Part shown: positions 42,965-53,113 of the stretch, one piece after another | Numbering within the stretch: the stretch's first letter is position 1 | Layout: each line of letters starts with the position of its first letter | Origin: a virus | Lineage: Duplodnaviria > Caudoviricetes | Virus record (IMG/VR): IMGVR_UViG_2835163134_000004 | Location: 1,570 to 65,569 of that record | DNA length: 64,000 nt | Strand: one strand, 5' to 3' | Notes under the pieces: generated by a model | The model's database searches: none | What the model saw: the letters and a program-made list of their open reading frames with translations, nothing else | Told to the model about the DNA's origin: nothing | Position numbers and translations under genes: made by a program

Positions 42965-44167
42965 TCAAGCCCCTGAAGTCGGCAGCACGCTCATGGGTAG
43001 AACCACCGAGGCGTTGCTGTCTGTGATGAAGGAAAAGGTGATGCTGTCCGATGCCAGCCGCCGCCGGTTCAGCCAGCGGACCTTGGTGTTGGCATTGAAC
43101 TTGGCCCCGAGGCTTGGCGTAACGCCGAACCTGGATTGACCCTCCGGCGCGGCAGGAAACTCGCCGGTAAGGCTGTGGATCGCATAGCTGCCGTCATCGA
43201 AGAACGCGATGATGCGGTTGTGGGTAATGGATCCGGCGAAAGTGGCTTCGAACCAATCCCCAGCAACGCCAAGCACCGATGTTCCCGGCACAGCCTCGAT
43301 CAGTTCGAAATCGTTCTCTGGCGATGGCGCCCAGAATGAATTGCGCCGACCCAGGCGACGCGCAACAAACTGGAAAAGTTCGTCAACCTCGTCGTAACCC
43401 AAGCCGTAAAACGTAGCTGAAACGGTATCAGCCACGAAACCGAACCTATCGACGGTCTGCGTCACGCCAATATCGAAGTCGATGACTTCTGCCAGAGCCG
43501 TTGCGGTGTGGCTGATCGCTTCACCCCAATTGGGGCGCTTCAGGAACAGGTCGCGCCCCGAGTATTGCGGAAAGACGTGGCCCGTGCCTGGCATGGAGAA
43601 CCGGCCCGGAACGATTGCGGTGTTGATCGACAGGGTGAAAGTTTCGTCGGTGCGGTTCTCCATCGCCGGGTCTTGGGTGAAGCGCACGGGATAGGCGCGA
43701 TGCACCTTCGCCCCGGCCGCGAAGCCAAACACCAACGGGGCGTCCAGCGTCACGACTGCGCCAGCCACGGATGACACGGCGCGGGCCTCGGTCGCGGCCC
43801 CATCGCTCAGGATCAGCGAGGCGCCGGGCACGATCCAATGCGGAACGGCGTCCAGTTCGATTGTTACCGACCCAGCCATGGCAGCGGCCGTCAAGGCGCG
43901 GTATGGGCCGGGGAATGCCATGGACCATTCGTCGTTGCGGCCCCGGATCATGTCGGCCCGAAACTGCCGTGCCAGCGCCCTGGTGGCCCGAGCCTGCCCG
44001 CGAAGGAATGCCCGAGGCACGGCCCGGAGGCAGTCCCGTTCTTCGCTGCCGTCGCGGAACTGCCGGATTTCCGTCTTGTAGTCCAGTTGCAGTTCGACGC
44101 CGTTCCGCCAGTTGAACGCAAGCGGAACGATGTTGGCGTTTCGGGCTTTGGCCGTTCCGATTGTCAT
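42965..44167 (-). CDS. Distal tail / virion structural protein
   Basis: Directly after the tape measure; YKTEI....DGSEER..LRAVPR pattern. Confidence 0.7.
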   Translation of the reverse strand: MTIGTAKARNANIVPLAFNWRNGVELQLDYKTEIRQFRDGSEERDCLRAVPRAFLRGQARATRALARQFRADMIRGRNDEWSMAFPGPYRALTAAAMAGSVTIELDAVPHWIVPGASLILSDGAATEARAVSSVAGAVVTLDAPLVFGFAAGAKVHRAYPVRFTQDPAMENRTDETFTLSINTAIVPGRFSMPGTGHVFPQYSGRDLFLKRPNWGEAISHTATALAEVIDFDIGVTQTVDRFGFVADTVSATFYGLGYDEVDELFQFVARRLGRRNSFWAPSPENDFELIEAVPGTSVLGVAGDWFEATFAGSITHNRIIAFFDDGSYAIHSLTGEFPAAPEGQSRFGVTPSLGAKFNANTKVRWLNRRRLASDSITFSFITDSNASVVLPMSVLPTSGA

Positions 44168-47100
44168 ACCAGTGCCTTTTTGATTTGCGGCGCCAGCATT
44201 CTGATCTTGTTGACGAACAGCTTGTCGGCCGATGGCGCCGACAGAATGGCTTGCGCCGCGCTGTCCGTGTCGAACACGTTCAGGATGCTCATGTTGGATT
44301 GGGCCGCGCCGACGTTGGCGATGTGGCGCGGGTTGTCCTCCGTCAGAATTTCCTCGCCGCGCTTCAGCTTGGCGGGGATTTCACCGGGCTTGAACCCTGC
44401 GATGCCACCCTCGTGGTAGACGAACGCCTTGCCAGACCATGCCGGTGCCGCACTCGTGGCCTTGCCGCCGAGCGCACTGGCCGCCGTTCCGATGGGGCCG
44501 CTGATCCCGGCCAGCGCGTTCAGGATCGCTTGCTTGATGATCATCTGCCCGATCTGGATCAGGAAGTCCGAAGCGAATTTCAGGAACGCCGTGCCCAGGG
44601 CCTTGAAGCCCTTTTCACCGTTCGCCAGCGATTCCGCAAAACTCATAAAGGCGCCGGTCAGCCCGTCCGCGAAGCTGGAAACCGCACCTTCGAACTGCTG
44701 CGCGTTCAGGCCGAAGGCTATGATCTTGTCATTGCCAGCCGACAGGCTCATGCGCTGGGTTTCCAGCTTGGCGATGGCCGCGTCAGCTTCCGGGCCGCCA
44801 ATCGCGGTCCACATCGCAATGGCGTTGGTGATCGCTTCCCGAAGCTGCTGGTTCACGCCTTGAAGCGTCTCGCCAAGCCGCGCCGCGCCGGTCATGTCCC
44901 CCTGTTCCCGCATCATCTGCTGCTGCTCCAGGAGGCTTTGCCGCAGGTCGTAAAGCTGGTTTACCCGTTCTTCGGCGTCCTGGCGGCCCTTCGATGCGTT
45001 CTGCGCGTCCCATAGCGCGGCAGCCTGCGCCCGGACTTGTTCAAGTTCCTTGGCGCCGATCTTCGGGTTCTCGGCCTTCGCGTCGCGGATCGCGGCTTGG
45101 ATTGCGGCTTCCCGCTCCTTGCCAGCGTTGATGCGGCCCTGCTGATCCAGTTCGAAGGCGCCATCGGCCAGCCGCTTTGCCGTGGCTTCGGCTTGGTCCT
45201 TCGCCAGTTTCGCGGCTTCCACGGCCTTTTCGTGCAGAGCCTCGCCCTCGGTCGCGGCATAGGCGTAGACCCGTTGCAGCGCCTCGGCGCGGTCGATGTG
45301 GCCCTTGAACAGATCGCCCTTCACAGCGTCCGTCACGTTGTCCACCACGCCACCAGCGGCCTTGTCGCTGGCATCGACCTTGCGGGCATCCCCGGCCAGC
45401 ACAGCGGCGTAGATTTGGGGCAGGGCGTCGCCCGGCTTGACGCCATGGTCGATGAGATACTTGCCCACGGCCGCGACTTGCGCCCCGACACTCATGCCTT
45501 CCGTCACGCCGTATTGCGCGCGCTGCGGCTCACCCCATTGGATCAGGCCGATATGTTGCCCCCACTTGGTCGTAGGCCCGGATTTCCATTTGTCGAGCGT
45601 GCCGCCCGTCTCGAACGACATGACGGCCAGGAGGTCGCGGGCCGATACGCCGAGTTGCTTCGCCACGGTGTTGGTGGCCTGAACGAGTTCACCGAGTTCT
45701 TGCCCCGTCGCGCTTCCACGCCCCGCCACATATTCGGCTTCCATCCGCGCCGTTGCCATCGGATCGGGGATTGTGGCGAAGCCTTGGCCCCAAAGGCCGA
45801 ACACCTCCTTGATCTTGCTCCAATCCCCGGACTTTGCTGCTGCGACCAACGCTGTAAGCGCAGCAGCGTTCAGTTCAGTGACCCGCTTCAGGCGTTCCAT
45901 TTCGTCGGTCAGGCCAGGGATTTTCTCCTTCAGCGCGTTGATCGCGTCGGTGTAGTTCGTGGCTTTCTTCGTGTCCTCAAGCGCGGCGTTGGCTTCATCC
46001 GTCGCGGTCTTGAAGCCCAAGAGTTCCTTCACCGTGTCGCTGATCGTGCCGCCAAGGGCGATAACGATGCCACCGGCTTCTTCCATGCGCGTGCGGATTT
46101 CAGCCATGGATTGCCCCGCTTCGCCGCCACCGTCGGCAATAGACAGGAGATTGGTGATCAATTTTTTCAGGAAATCGTTGTCCGTCCTGCTGTAAACTTG
46201 GTTCAGCGTCTCGGTGAATTTTTCCAGCGAAACACCGCCGCCGGTAAAGGCCGCTGTGATTTCCCGAACCGCCTTGGCATCAGCCTTCAAGCGGGCCTTG
46301 TCGCTGTTGCCAATCAACGTGCCTACGTTGAAGTTAGAAATGGCGTCGTCCAGCACATAGAGGGCGCCCCTCATGCGCTTCATCGCAGCCTCCCAGGCTG
46401 CGCTTTGCGTGTCGAGGTTTTCCAGTGCGCGGGGCAGGGAGATGGATTGCGCGACTTTCCGAAGGCCCTCGGCCTCGGTCTTGGCCGAGTTGTAGGCTTC
46501 CTGCGTTTCGGTCAGCAGGTTGTTGTGCATCTCGATTGCCGCACTGGCGTCGTCAACGCTGGTGATCCACGCCCCCACGGCCGTGATGATGCCCGTGATC
46601 ACGAGGCCGGGCAGGCCGCCAATCGCGGCCCAGAGCGCCCGCATTGCGCCTGCCGTGATGACGGCCGCGCCGCGCAGCAGGGTCAACCCGCCTACAAGGG
46701 CGCGCGTCCCAAGTGCCATGCCACGGCTGGTCGCGGCGGTGGCGGCCAATCTAGCCCGTAGAGCGTCGAGCCTGCCAATGGTATTGTTGACCGCGAAGAA
46801 CAAGATGCGCTGCGCCCGGCTCATGTGACCAACAGCCGCGACGCCTGCCACCATCTGCGCCGTGAACCCGCCAAGGGCGGCAATACCGCCTTGCACGCGC
46901 GCCGTGATTGCGAGGAAGAACTTGCCAAGGCCGACGGCGAACAAACCGGCCGCTGCTTGGGCAATCAGGTCGATATGCTGGACGGCAATCACGAGTGCAT
47001 TGGCGAACGCGCCAACGGCCTCGCCCACACCCCGGAACAAATCCTTGCCGTCAGCACTGGACGCGAAGGCGTTGAAGTTTTGAAGGGCTTCGCGCAGCGC

Positions 47101-49167
47101 CGGGATGAAGCCTTTCGCCATTTCGATGCGGGCGTTGTAGACGCTGTTTTCGAAGCGCCCAATGTCGGTGGTAAGTGAGTTGAGCGAAGCCGCGAGTTGC
47201 GGCCCGAAGCGGTTCGCCATTTCACGAGTGAACTTGAGCATGTTGCCTTCGGTGGCGAACAACTCGCCTTCTCGCATCATCTTGTCGAGTTCGCCCGTGG
47301 TCTTGCCGATGGCGTTCGCCAGGATCGAGAACGCACCGGGAAGCCGGTTGCCCAACTGGCGCCGAACTTCTTCGGCAGAGAACTTACCCTTGGAGACAAT
47401 CTGTTCCAGTGCGGTGAAGGTGCCGCCGAGTTGTTCGACGGACAGCTTGTTCACCCGCCCCGCCTCTGCCACGGAGATGAACATTTCGCGCACGCTTTCT
47501 TGCGCGAAACCGGCCTGTTGGGTTGCGATGGCGAACTTGCCGTATTGCTCGGCCAGAGTGGGGAAGGCGATGCCGAGGCGTTCGGCTTCGTTCCGCAGCC
47601 ACAGCACTTCTTGCGCCACGCGCGCCGTGTCTTGCGCAAACACCGCGCCGAGGCGGGACTGAACGCTTTCGAGACTGCGGAAGGCGGTCACAGATTCCTT
47701 GACTTGCCCTATTGCGCTGTTGAAGCTGAGATAGCCCGTCACCAGCCCGGAGATTTCAGCGGACAAGCGCGACGCAGCGCCCGCCGCCTCGCGCTTGGCC
47801 TGCGTCGCCCGGTTGATGGAATCCGTGTATTGGTTCGTCGCCCCGGCCGCATCGCGGGCCGATGAGGTGGACCGCAGACGGGCCGCGTTCAGCGCACCTT
47901 CCGCCGCCGCGCCGTTCCGGGCCGCCGTGGTGCTGGCATTGCCGCTTGCCGCCAGGTTGGCGGCGCTTCTTGCCGCTGCTGCGGCGGCGCGGTCTGCGGC
48001 GGCCTGCTGTTCAACGTAATTCTTCTTCGCTTCGCGGGCCGCAGCGATGATGCCCTTGAAGGCATTCACCTGCTCCGTGGCGTTGCCGCTCAGGGTCTTG
48101 AGCGCATTACCGAGCCTAGCGGCTTCCGACTCCAGCAGCTTCCATTCCTGCTTCGCGGCCTGCGCGGTGCGCTGCTGTTCTGCCACGGCTTCGGCGGTCT
48201 TCCGCATCGCCTCCGCGACTTTGGGTTGGGCGAAGCCGCCAGAGCCATTGCTGTATTTCCCCAGCGCCGCGACAACGCCTTGGTTGCGCTGAAGTTCGGC
48301 CGTGGCCTTTGCCGTGTCCCGCGCAAGGTCGATCTGCTTCCCGCTCAGGGTGGCGGCACCAGCGCCAGCGGCCCGCAAATCGTTTTGCAGCGCGGCAAGG
48401 GCCGTGTTCTCCGCGCGAATGTCGGTTCGCAGCGACAGGGTGGCATTGCCGACTTTCGCAACCTCCGTTTCAAGACCTTGGTGGGCCTTCGCCGCAGCGT
48501 TCACCCGCTGGGTGACGGTCGTGATGGCGGTGTTGAGCGACTTCACTTCGGCCGTCAGGGCTTTGGACTCGTTCGCAACGCCTGCGGAATAGCCCGACTT
48601 GTCGGCCACGGCCTGCTTGTGAGCCGAACGCAGGAAAACCCCGGCCGAAGTTGCGGCCGGGCCGGAGTTCGGCGTCTTTGCCAGTGCGGCGTTATAGGAA
48701 TCCACCGCAGCCTTTGCCGCTGCCACCTCGTCTTTGTGCCGCTTCGTCTCGGTGCGGATTTCGGCTTGCCGGGACTTCGCAGCAGCGAGACGCTGGTTCA
48801 GCGCGTCTTGGGCGTCCCGCATTTCCTTCAACGCGGCGGCCGACTTTGCGGCCTCGTCGCGTAGCCTGTTGAACGACGTTTGGTTGTTCGACAGTTTGGC
48901 GGATAGCTTTTCCACGGCATCACCGGACGCCTTGATGTGGGTCGCAGCCTCGTTGAAAATCTTCAATTTGGCGGCATCGGTTTCCAGCTTGCGAATATCA
49001 GCCGAAATCCGGCCGATATTCTTGTCCGTATTACCGATTGCCCGGAAGCCGTCGGCTGCCTTCTTGGCGTCAATCTCGATCTGTTTCAGGGCGTCAGAAA
49101 TGGCCCGCGCCTGCTTCGACGCATCATCCTTGGCCCTGATCTTGATTTCAACGTCTCTGCGCGCCAT
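44164..49167 (-). CDS. Tape measure protein with an embedded lytic transglycosylase-like domain
   Basis: 1667 aa, Ala-rich; tape-measure motif LEQIVSKGKFSAEEVRRQLG.RLPG; LLAVMSFETGG...GLIQW segment. Confidence 0.92.
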   Translation of the reverse strand: MARRDVEIKIRAKDDASKQARAISDALKQIEIDAKKAADGFRAIGNTDKNIGRISADIRKLETDAAKLKIFNEAATHIKASGDAVEKLSAKLSNNQTSFNRLRDEAAKSAAALKEMRDAQDALNQRLAAAKSRQAEIRTETKRHKDEVAAAKAAVDSYNAALAKTPNSGPAATSAGVFLRSAHKQAVADKSGYSAGVANESKALTAEVKSLNTAITTVTQRVNAAAKAHQGLETEVAKVGNATLSLRTDIRAENTALAALQNDLRAAGAGAATLSGKQIDLARDTAKATAELQRNQGVVAALGKYSNGSGGFAQPKVAEAMRKTAEAVAEQQRTAQAAKQEWKLLESEAARLGNALKTLSGNATEQVNAFKGIIAAAREAKKNYVEQQAAADRAAAAAARSAANLAASGNASTTAARNGAAAEGALNAARLRSTSSARDAAGATNQYTDSINRATQAKREAAGAASRLSAEISGLVTGYLSFNSAIGQVKESVTAFRSLESVQSRLGAVFAQDTARVAQEVLWLRNEAERLGIAFPTLAEQYGKFAIATQQAGFAQESVREMFISVAEAGRVNKLSVEQLGGTFTALEQIVSKGKFSAEEVRRQLGNRLPGAFSILANAIGKTTGELDKMMREGELFATEGNMLKFTREMANRFGPQLAASLNSLTTDIGRFENSVYNARIEMAKGFIPALREALQNFNAFASSADGKDLFRGVGEAVGAFANALVIAVQHIDLIAQAAAGLFAVGLGKFFLAITARVQGGIAALGGFTAQMVAGVAAVGHMSRAQRILFFAVNNTIGRLDALRARLAATAATSRGMALGTRALVGGLTLLRGAAVITAGAMRALWAAIGGLPGLVITGIITAVGAWITSVDDASAAIEMHNNLLTETQEAYNSAKTEAEGLRKVAQSISLPRALENLDTQSAAWEAAMKRMRGALYVLDDAISNFNVGTLIGNSDKARLKADAKAVREITAAFTGGGVSLEKFTETLNQVYSRTDNDFLKKLITNLLSIADGGGEAGQSMAEIRTRMEEAGGIVIALGGTISDTVKELLGFKTATDEANAALEDTKKATNYTDAINALKEKIPGLTDEMERLKRVTELNAAALTALVAAAKSGDWSKIKEVFGLWGQGFATIPDPMATARMEAEYVAGRGSATGQELGELVQATNTVAKQLGVSARDLLAVMSFETGGTLDKWKSGPTTKWGQHIGLIQWGEPQRAQYGVTEGMSVGAQVAAVGKYLIDHGVKPGDALPQIYAAVLAGDARKVDASDKAAGGVVDNVTDAVKGDLFKGHIDRAEALQRVYAYAATEGEALHEKAVEAAKLAKDQAEATAKRLADGAFELDQQGRINAGKEREAAIQAAIRDAKAENPKIGAKELEQVRAQAAALWDAQNASKGRQDAEERVNQLYDLRQSLLEQQQMMREQGDMTGAARLGETLQGVNQQLREAITNAIAMWTAIGGPEADAAIAKLETQRMSLSAGNDKIIAFGLNAQQFEGAVSSFADGLTGAFMSFAESLANGEKGFKALGTAFLKFASDFLIQIGQMIIKQAILNALAGISGPIGTAASALGGKATSAAPAWSGKAFVYHEGGIAGFKPGEIPAKLKRGEEILTEDNPRHIANVGAAQSNMSILNVFDTDSAAQAILSAPSADKLFVNKIRMLAPQIKKALV

Positions 49168-49555
49168 GACGGCCCTTCTCCTTCCGAACCAGATCGCCCA
49201 TGTCGATCTTCGAAGACCCAGGGTCGTCTTCGCCGCTCAACTGTTTGACGAGTGACGAGAAATGCTTGACCGCAGCTTTCCCGCCGTCTTTCCCGAAGGC
49301 CGCGACGGCTGTGGTTATCGCGGCCTGCATCAGTATCGCGTCGCTGGCCCGGTCACGATCCAGCCGCTCGACGCAAATCCCGGCTTCCTCGTAGACCATG
49401 GACACGGGGTAATCCGGGGCTGCGGCATGGCCTTGGCTGACCAAGAGGCTGACGTTACGCCGCAAGTCCCAAATCCAATGGGCCAGCGTCTCGGGGCGCT
49501 TCAGCCCTGGCCCACGCCCTTCATTACGCTGAGGGCCAGAGCGATCAGCTTTTTT
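49148..49555 (-). CDS. -1 frameshift extension of the tail assembly chaperone (gpGT-like)
   Basis: A AAA AAG at 49555-49549 in the chaperone frame; the -1 frame stays open into ORF 49465-49148. Confidence 0.75.
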   Translation of the reverse strand, partial: KKADRSGPQRNEGRGPGLKRPETLAHWIWDLRRNVSLLVSQGHAAAPDYPVSMVYEEAGICVERLDRDRASDAILMQAAITTAVAAFGKDGGKAAVKHFSSLVKQLSGEDDPGSSKIDMGDLVRKEKGRHGAQRR

Positions 49556-49941
49556 GGGTCGAACCCCGCGTTGAACGTGAGTTCACCGATCTTTTCGAGG
49601 CAGGCCATTTGCGTGCCGGTCGGCATCGCCATGATCACATCCATCGGCGTTGGGCGCCCCTCGGCTTCCTCGTATTCCGAATAGGCGTCGGTCGCGGTGG
49701 CGATGATCTGGGCAACGATGACCGGGGCACTTTTCAGCAGGCTGACCCCGATACCGCTCACCTCGATTTCGCTGATCGAATCCGGTTCGCGGCCCCGGAA
49801 CTGCTCGAACAGCAGGTCCATTGCCTCGGCGTTGATCTGCATCAGATCGGTCATGTCGTTCAGCGAGAGGCCGCGAACGGTGGCAACAACGTCGCCACCG
49901 TCAATGACCTCGGCGCGCTTCAGGGTGTATTTCAGCGCCAT
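49501..49941 (-). CDS. Tail assembly chaperone (gpG-like)
   Basis: Between the major tail protein and tape measure; VRGLSLND N-terminus. Confidence 0.8.
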   Translation of the reverse strand: MALKYTLKRAEVIDGGDVVATVRGLSLNDMTDLMQINAEAMDLLFEQFRGREPDSISEIEVSGIGVSLLKSAPVIVAQIIATATDAYSEYEEAEGRPTPMDVIMAMPTGTQMACLEKIGELTFNAGFDPKKLIALALSVMKGVGQG

Positions 49942-49956
49942 GTCATTTCCCCCGCG

Positions 49957-50769
49957 TTACGCCGTGACGGCCCGGCCGTCGGCGTAGAGGGCTTCACCGC
50001 TATCCGGCTTCAGCACCTCGACGGTGAACGGGATTTGCTGCCATTCGTCGGACTTCAGGGCGTAATCGCCATTGGGCGACAGGGAGACGGACGGCAGGAA
50101 GTAGTCGATATTGTCGCCTGTGGGGTTGAATGCGACGAAACGCAGGGCGCCTTCGATGGGCGAGGAACCCGAGATGATCCGCGTGCGGGTCGATGCCGCC
50201 ACGGTGAACGTCACTTCGATGGAGTCGCCCGCAGCCAGTGCGCCGCCTTCCAGGATTTCGATGCGGCCCAGAGCGGTATTCAGAACGTAATCCGTGCCAG
50301 CGGCGAGGGCGATGTTGCTGGGCAGCGCCACCTTCTCGACAACGAAGGTGGTGTCGGGCGGGCCTGCGACGCCAGGATAGATGACTTCCCGCGCGCCCGA
50401 GGGGTTCAGGGCGGTCATGCCAAGCTGGTAGAACATGCCCGGCTCCACCCCGTCGAACGTCTCGGTGGTGGTGGCCTGCGCCACGGTGAGCGCGTCGGTC
50501 GAACCGAAAAAGAACAGCGCGACGTTCTGGGGTTCCACGTTGTCGGTCACGAGCGAACCCGAACGGGTGATCTGAAGGATCACGCTGCGGTCCTTTTCGC
50601 GGATGCCACGGTCGGACGAGAAATGCTCCAAGTTCTCCGACTCGAACGTCAGGTTGAACTCGGGGGTATTGCCCAGATAGCGTTCGCCGCCCAGGGCCTT
50701 GGTGACGGGATCGCGTCGGGCGAAGTAAATCTCGCCACGGCCGAGGGTATAGTTGTTCGTGATCGGCAT
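49957..50769 (-). CDS. Major tail tube protein
   Basis: YTLGRGEIYF...YLGNTPEFNL...EHFSSD.G..EKD...PNGD.ALK.DEWQQIPF pattern. Confidence 0.85.
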   Translation of the reverse strand: MPITNNYTLGRGEIYFARRDPVTKALGGERYLGNTPEFNLTFESENLEHFSSDRGIREKDRSVILQITRSGSLVTDNVEPQNVALFFFGSTDALTVAQATTTETFDGVEPGMFYQLGMTALNPSGAREVIYPGVAGPPDTTFVVEKVALPSNIALAAGTDYVLNTALGRIEILEGGALAAGDSIEVTFTVAASTRTRIISGSSPIEGALRFVAFNPTGDNIDYFLPSVSLSPNGDYALKSDEWQQIPFTVEVLKPDSGEALYADGRAVTA

Positions 50770-50790
50770 TTTACGGTTCCTTCCGCGTGA

Positions 50791-50868
50791 TCAACAAAAG
50801 GGTGAACATTGGTGCAAGCCAATGCTGGGCCTAGCGGCCTACGCATTTCCTAATCCACATTTAGTTGA
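50791..50868. promoter_or_regulatory. Two degenerate operator palindromes upstream of the major tail gene
   Basis: TCAAC-AAAAG-GGTGA (50791-50805) and TCCAC-ATTTA-GTTGA (50854-50868). Confidence 0.55.
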
Positions 50869-50876
50869 TTGGCAAT

Positions 50877-51416
50877 TTAACCGAAAGGATTTGCCATGTC
50901 CTCAACTATTTTAATGTCGAGGATCAGATAAAAGACGCCATAGTTCGATACTTCCTCGGTCGGCCTGACGACCGGCGCACCGATTCGCATTTCCAAGAGC
51001 CGCCCGCCCATGCCAAGAATATCCGGCGCGCCCGGCCTGCGGGTCTGCGTTTTTGCCAATTCGAGGGCCAAGGCACGTTGCACATCGGCGGCGAGAACAT
51101 AGGCCCAATCGCACGGCTCATTGTCACGATCATTCTTGGCCCAACCTTGGATCAATACTTCCCATTGCGAATCCCGGTTGTGGTTGTCCGGGGCGCGGCG
51201 TTTCCCATTGTCGTGGGCCACTGGCGGTTCAACCAACGACACCAATGTGCCCGGATCATCGTCGCCAATGAACAGGCGGCCGCGCACAACGCGCTTGGTT
51301 CCATCGGCTTCGGTGGACAGGTCCATCTGATAGCCGTTTGCCGGGGTGATGGTTTTCAAAACCTCAGTCAAAGCCGTGAGGATTTTGAGTCTGAACGGGG
51401 GATTTATTGCGGGCAT
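50877..51416 (-). CDS. Tail terminator-like protein
   Basis: Position and size; ITPANGY..DL...VVRGR pattern. Confidence 0.65.
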   Translation of the reverse strand: MPAINPPFRLKILTALTEVLKTITPANGYQMDLSTEADGTKRVVRGRLFIGDDDPGTLVSLVEPPVAHDNGKRRAPDNHNRDSQWEVLIQGWAKNDRDNEPCDWAYVLAADVQRALALELAKTQTRRPGAPDILGMGGRLLEMRIGAPVVRPTEEVSNYGVFYLILDIKIVEDMANPFG

Positions 51417-51417
51417 T

Positions 51418-52041
51418 TCAAATCTCCATTTGTCGCCAGAACTCGGCTTCCAACATTGCGGCTACGCGCGGGCTAATATCTGTCGCAACGCCGCCTGCGT
51501 TTTTTTCGGAGTGCAGGACTTGGGCGACCGACGGCCCGTAAAGCAACCATAGATTATTGCCCAACCGCGTTGGTTTATAGCCCGGAGGCGCCTTTCCGTT
51601 CTTCGTTCTTACGGCAAGGCCAAGGTTTGATTTCGCGTCCAGGTCGGCGTTACCGGCCCGTAGCCTGATCAGAAACGCGCCCTTCATAAGCCGCACTGAT
51701 CCGGGGGCCACTTCGACATGAACCCCGGCCTTCTTGCGGCCAGCGGTATAGCTTTCCTTGGCAAAACGGGACAACGAGGTGTTGCGCGACCTCGCGCTAA
51801 TCGTCGCTTCGAGATTGCTTCGGGTGGCATAGCGGCTGATTTCCAGGCGGCCATTGCGGGGCGCGACGTAATCCTTCGGGAAATTCACGCTGCGCAGAAC
51901 TTCGTCGGCCGCCAGTTTCCGGCCGCGCCGGGTCGCGTCGTTCACCGCGCGGCGCGCCGACTCCGCGATCTTGGCAGGAAGTTCGTCAATGGACTGGATC
52001 GCTTCCAGTCCTTCGACAACGAGAATGAAGTTCTCGGCCAT
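51418..52041 (-). CDS. Neck / minor tail protein (lambda gpZ-like)
   Basis: Basic; ARRAVNDAT...LYGPSVAQV pattern. Confidence 0.7.
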   Translation of the reverse strand: MAENFILVVEGLEAIQSIDELPAKIAESARRAVNDATRRGRKLAADEVLRSVNFPKDYVAPRNGRLEISRYATRSNLEATISARSRNTSLSRFAKESYTAGRKKAGVHVEVAPGSVRLMKGAFLIRLRAGNADLDAKSNLGLAVRTKNGKAPPGYKPTRLGNNLWLLYGPSVAQVLHSEKNAGGVATDISPRVAAMLEAEFWRQMEI

Positions 52042-52053
52042 GGCGCCCCCGGA

Positions 52054-52446
52054 TCACAGGACAGCGGGCACCGGCAGGCCCGCGCTGTATTCCTGATCCA
52101 GCGGCGTCACGGCCCAGGTTTGGGTCAGGTCGTCGCGCGGCTCGGAATTGTCGAGTTCATAGGCTTCACCGGCTTCCACCGAGACGATGCCGCCACGGCG
52201 CAACACCACGGCCAGCGCCTCAAGTTCTTCGATGAGGAACACCAGGCGCGGGATGGGAACGCGACGCTCGACCATGCTTCCGCTTTTCGTGGGGGTGTCC
52301 ATGCCGGTGGGGTCAATAGTCTGGTGGATGCGAACCGTCAGAGCCACCGGCACCGCGTTGGGGTTCGCCAAATAGAGCGCCGCGACCTTGGCACGCTCGT
52401 GCAGGTCGCGGCGGGCTTTCCGCTGAATTTGGCGGATCGAGCGCAT
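52054..52446 (-). CDS. Head-tail joining protein
   Basis: Position; RKARRDLHER.KVAALY pattern. Confidence 0.65.
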   Translation of the reverse strand: MRSIRQIQRKARRDLHERAKVAALYLANPNAVPVALTVRIHQTIDPTGMDTPTKSGSMVERRVPIPRLVFLIEELEALAVVLRRGGIVSVEAGEAYELDNSEPRDDLTQTWAVTPLDQEYSAGLPVPAVL

Positions 52447-52673
52447 CAGGTGTCTTTTACCTTCGTCGCCGGGGCCGCTGCCACGCTTTCTACCTTCGGC
52501 GCCGGGGCAGCCGCCGCAAGTTCATCGGCGCGCGGTTGGCGGGCCGCGCCCAAGGCGTCGAACTGGCGCGCTTCAGCGGGCTTGCATTCGAAGCAGGTGC
52601 CGGGCGCAATCTGAACTTCTTTGCCATCGGTGCCGCGCGTCAGGATGGTGGTGATCGCAATCATCTTCGCCAT
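52446..52673 (-). CDS. Small capsid-associated protein (paralogue-like of the next gene)
   Basis: IAPGTCFE......FDALGAARQ and an Ala/Pro/Lys tail. Confidence 0.6.
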   Translation of the reverse strand: MAKMIAITTILTRGTDGKEVQIAPGTCFECKPAEARQFDALGAARQPRADELAAAAPAPKVESVAAAPATKVKDT

Positions 52674-52683
52674 TGGGTTCACC

Positions 52684-53067
52684 TCAGATCGTCAGATCGC
52701 CGTCGCCCTTCGCCGGGGTAGCGGCGGGCGCTTTGGCTTGGGTCGCGGCTTTCGCTTGCACCGGAGCGGCAGCGGCGGGCGCTTTGGCCTGCGGCACAGG
52801 TTTCGCTTGCGCCGGGGCGGGTTCAGCCAATTCCGGGTCCGACTCGGGTTCGGCCCGGCCGAAGTATTTGCCGCGAAGCTGGGCAATCTTGGCTTCTTCG
52901 TCGGTCGCTTCGCGCACCGCGCCGAGCGAGATGGCGCGCTTCACGTCGATGTGGTCCGGGGCTGCGAATACCGCGCCGGGTTCAACGGTGGACGGCGAAT
53001 GCTTGCGGCCGAGCGCAACAGCCGTCAGGGCGATGAGGTTCATGGTCAGGTTCCCTTTTTGCAACAT
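52684..53067 (-). CDS. Capsid-associated hypothetical protein with Ala/Pro/Lys tail
   Basis: VEPGAVFA......AISLGAVRE; follows the major capsid gene; start uncertain (53043 or 53067). Confidence 0.65.
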   Translation of the reverse strand: MLQKGNLTMNLIALTAVALGRKHSPSTVEPGAVFAAPDHIDVKRAISLGAVREATDEEAKIAQLRGKYFGRAEPESDPELAEPAPAQAKPVPQAKAPAAAAPVQAKAATQAKAPAATPAKGDGDLTI

Positions 53068-53099
53068 TTTGTTGAACGGCGGCCCGTGAACCGCCGTTC
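53061..53099. promoter_or_regulatory. Operator palindrome plus hairpin after the capsid gene
   Basis: GCAAC-ATTTT-GTTGA (53061-53075); GAACGGCGG-N8-CCGCCGTTC (53074-53099). Confidence 0.55.
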
Positions 53100-53113
53100 A
53101 GAAAGGCCGTGGA

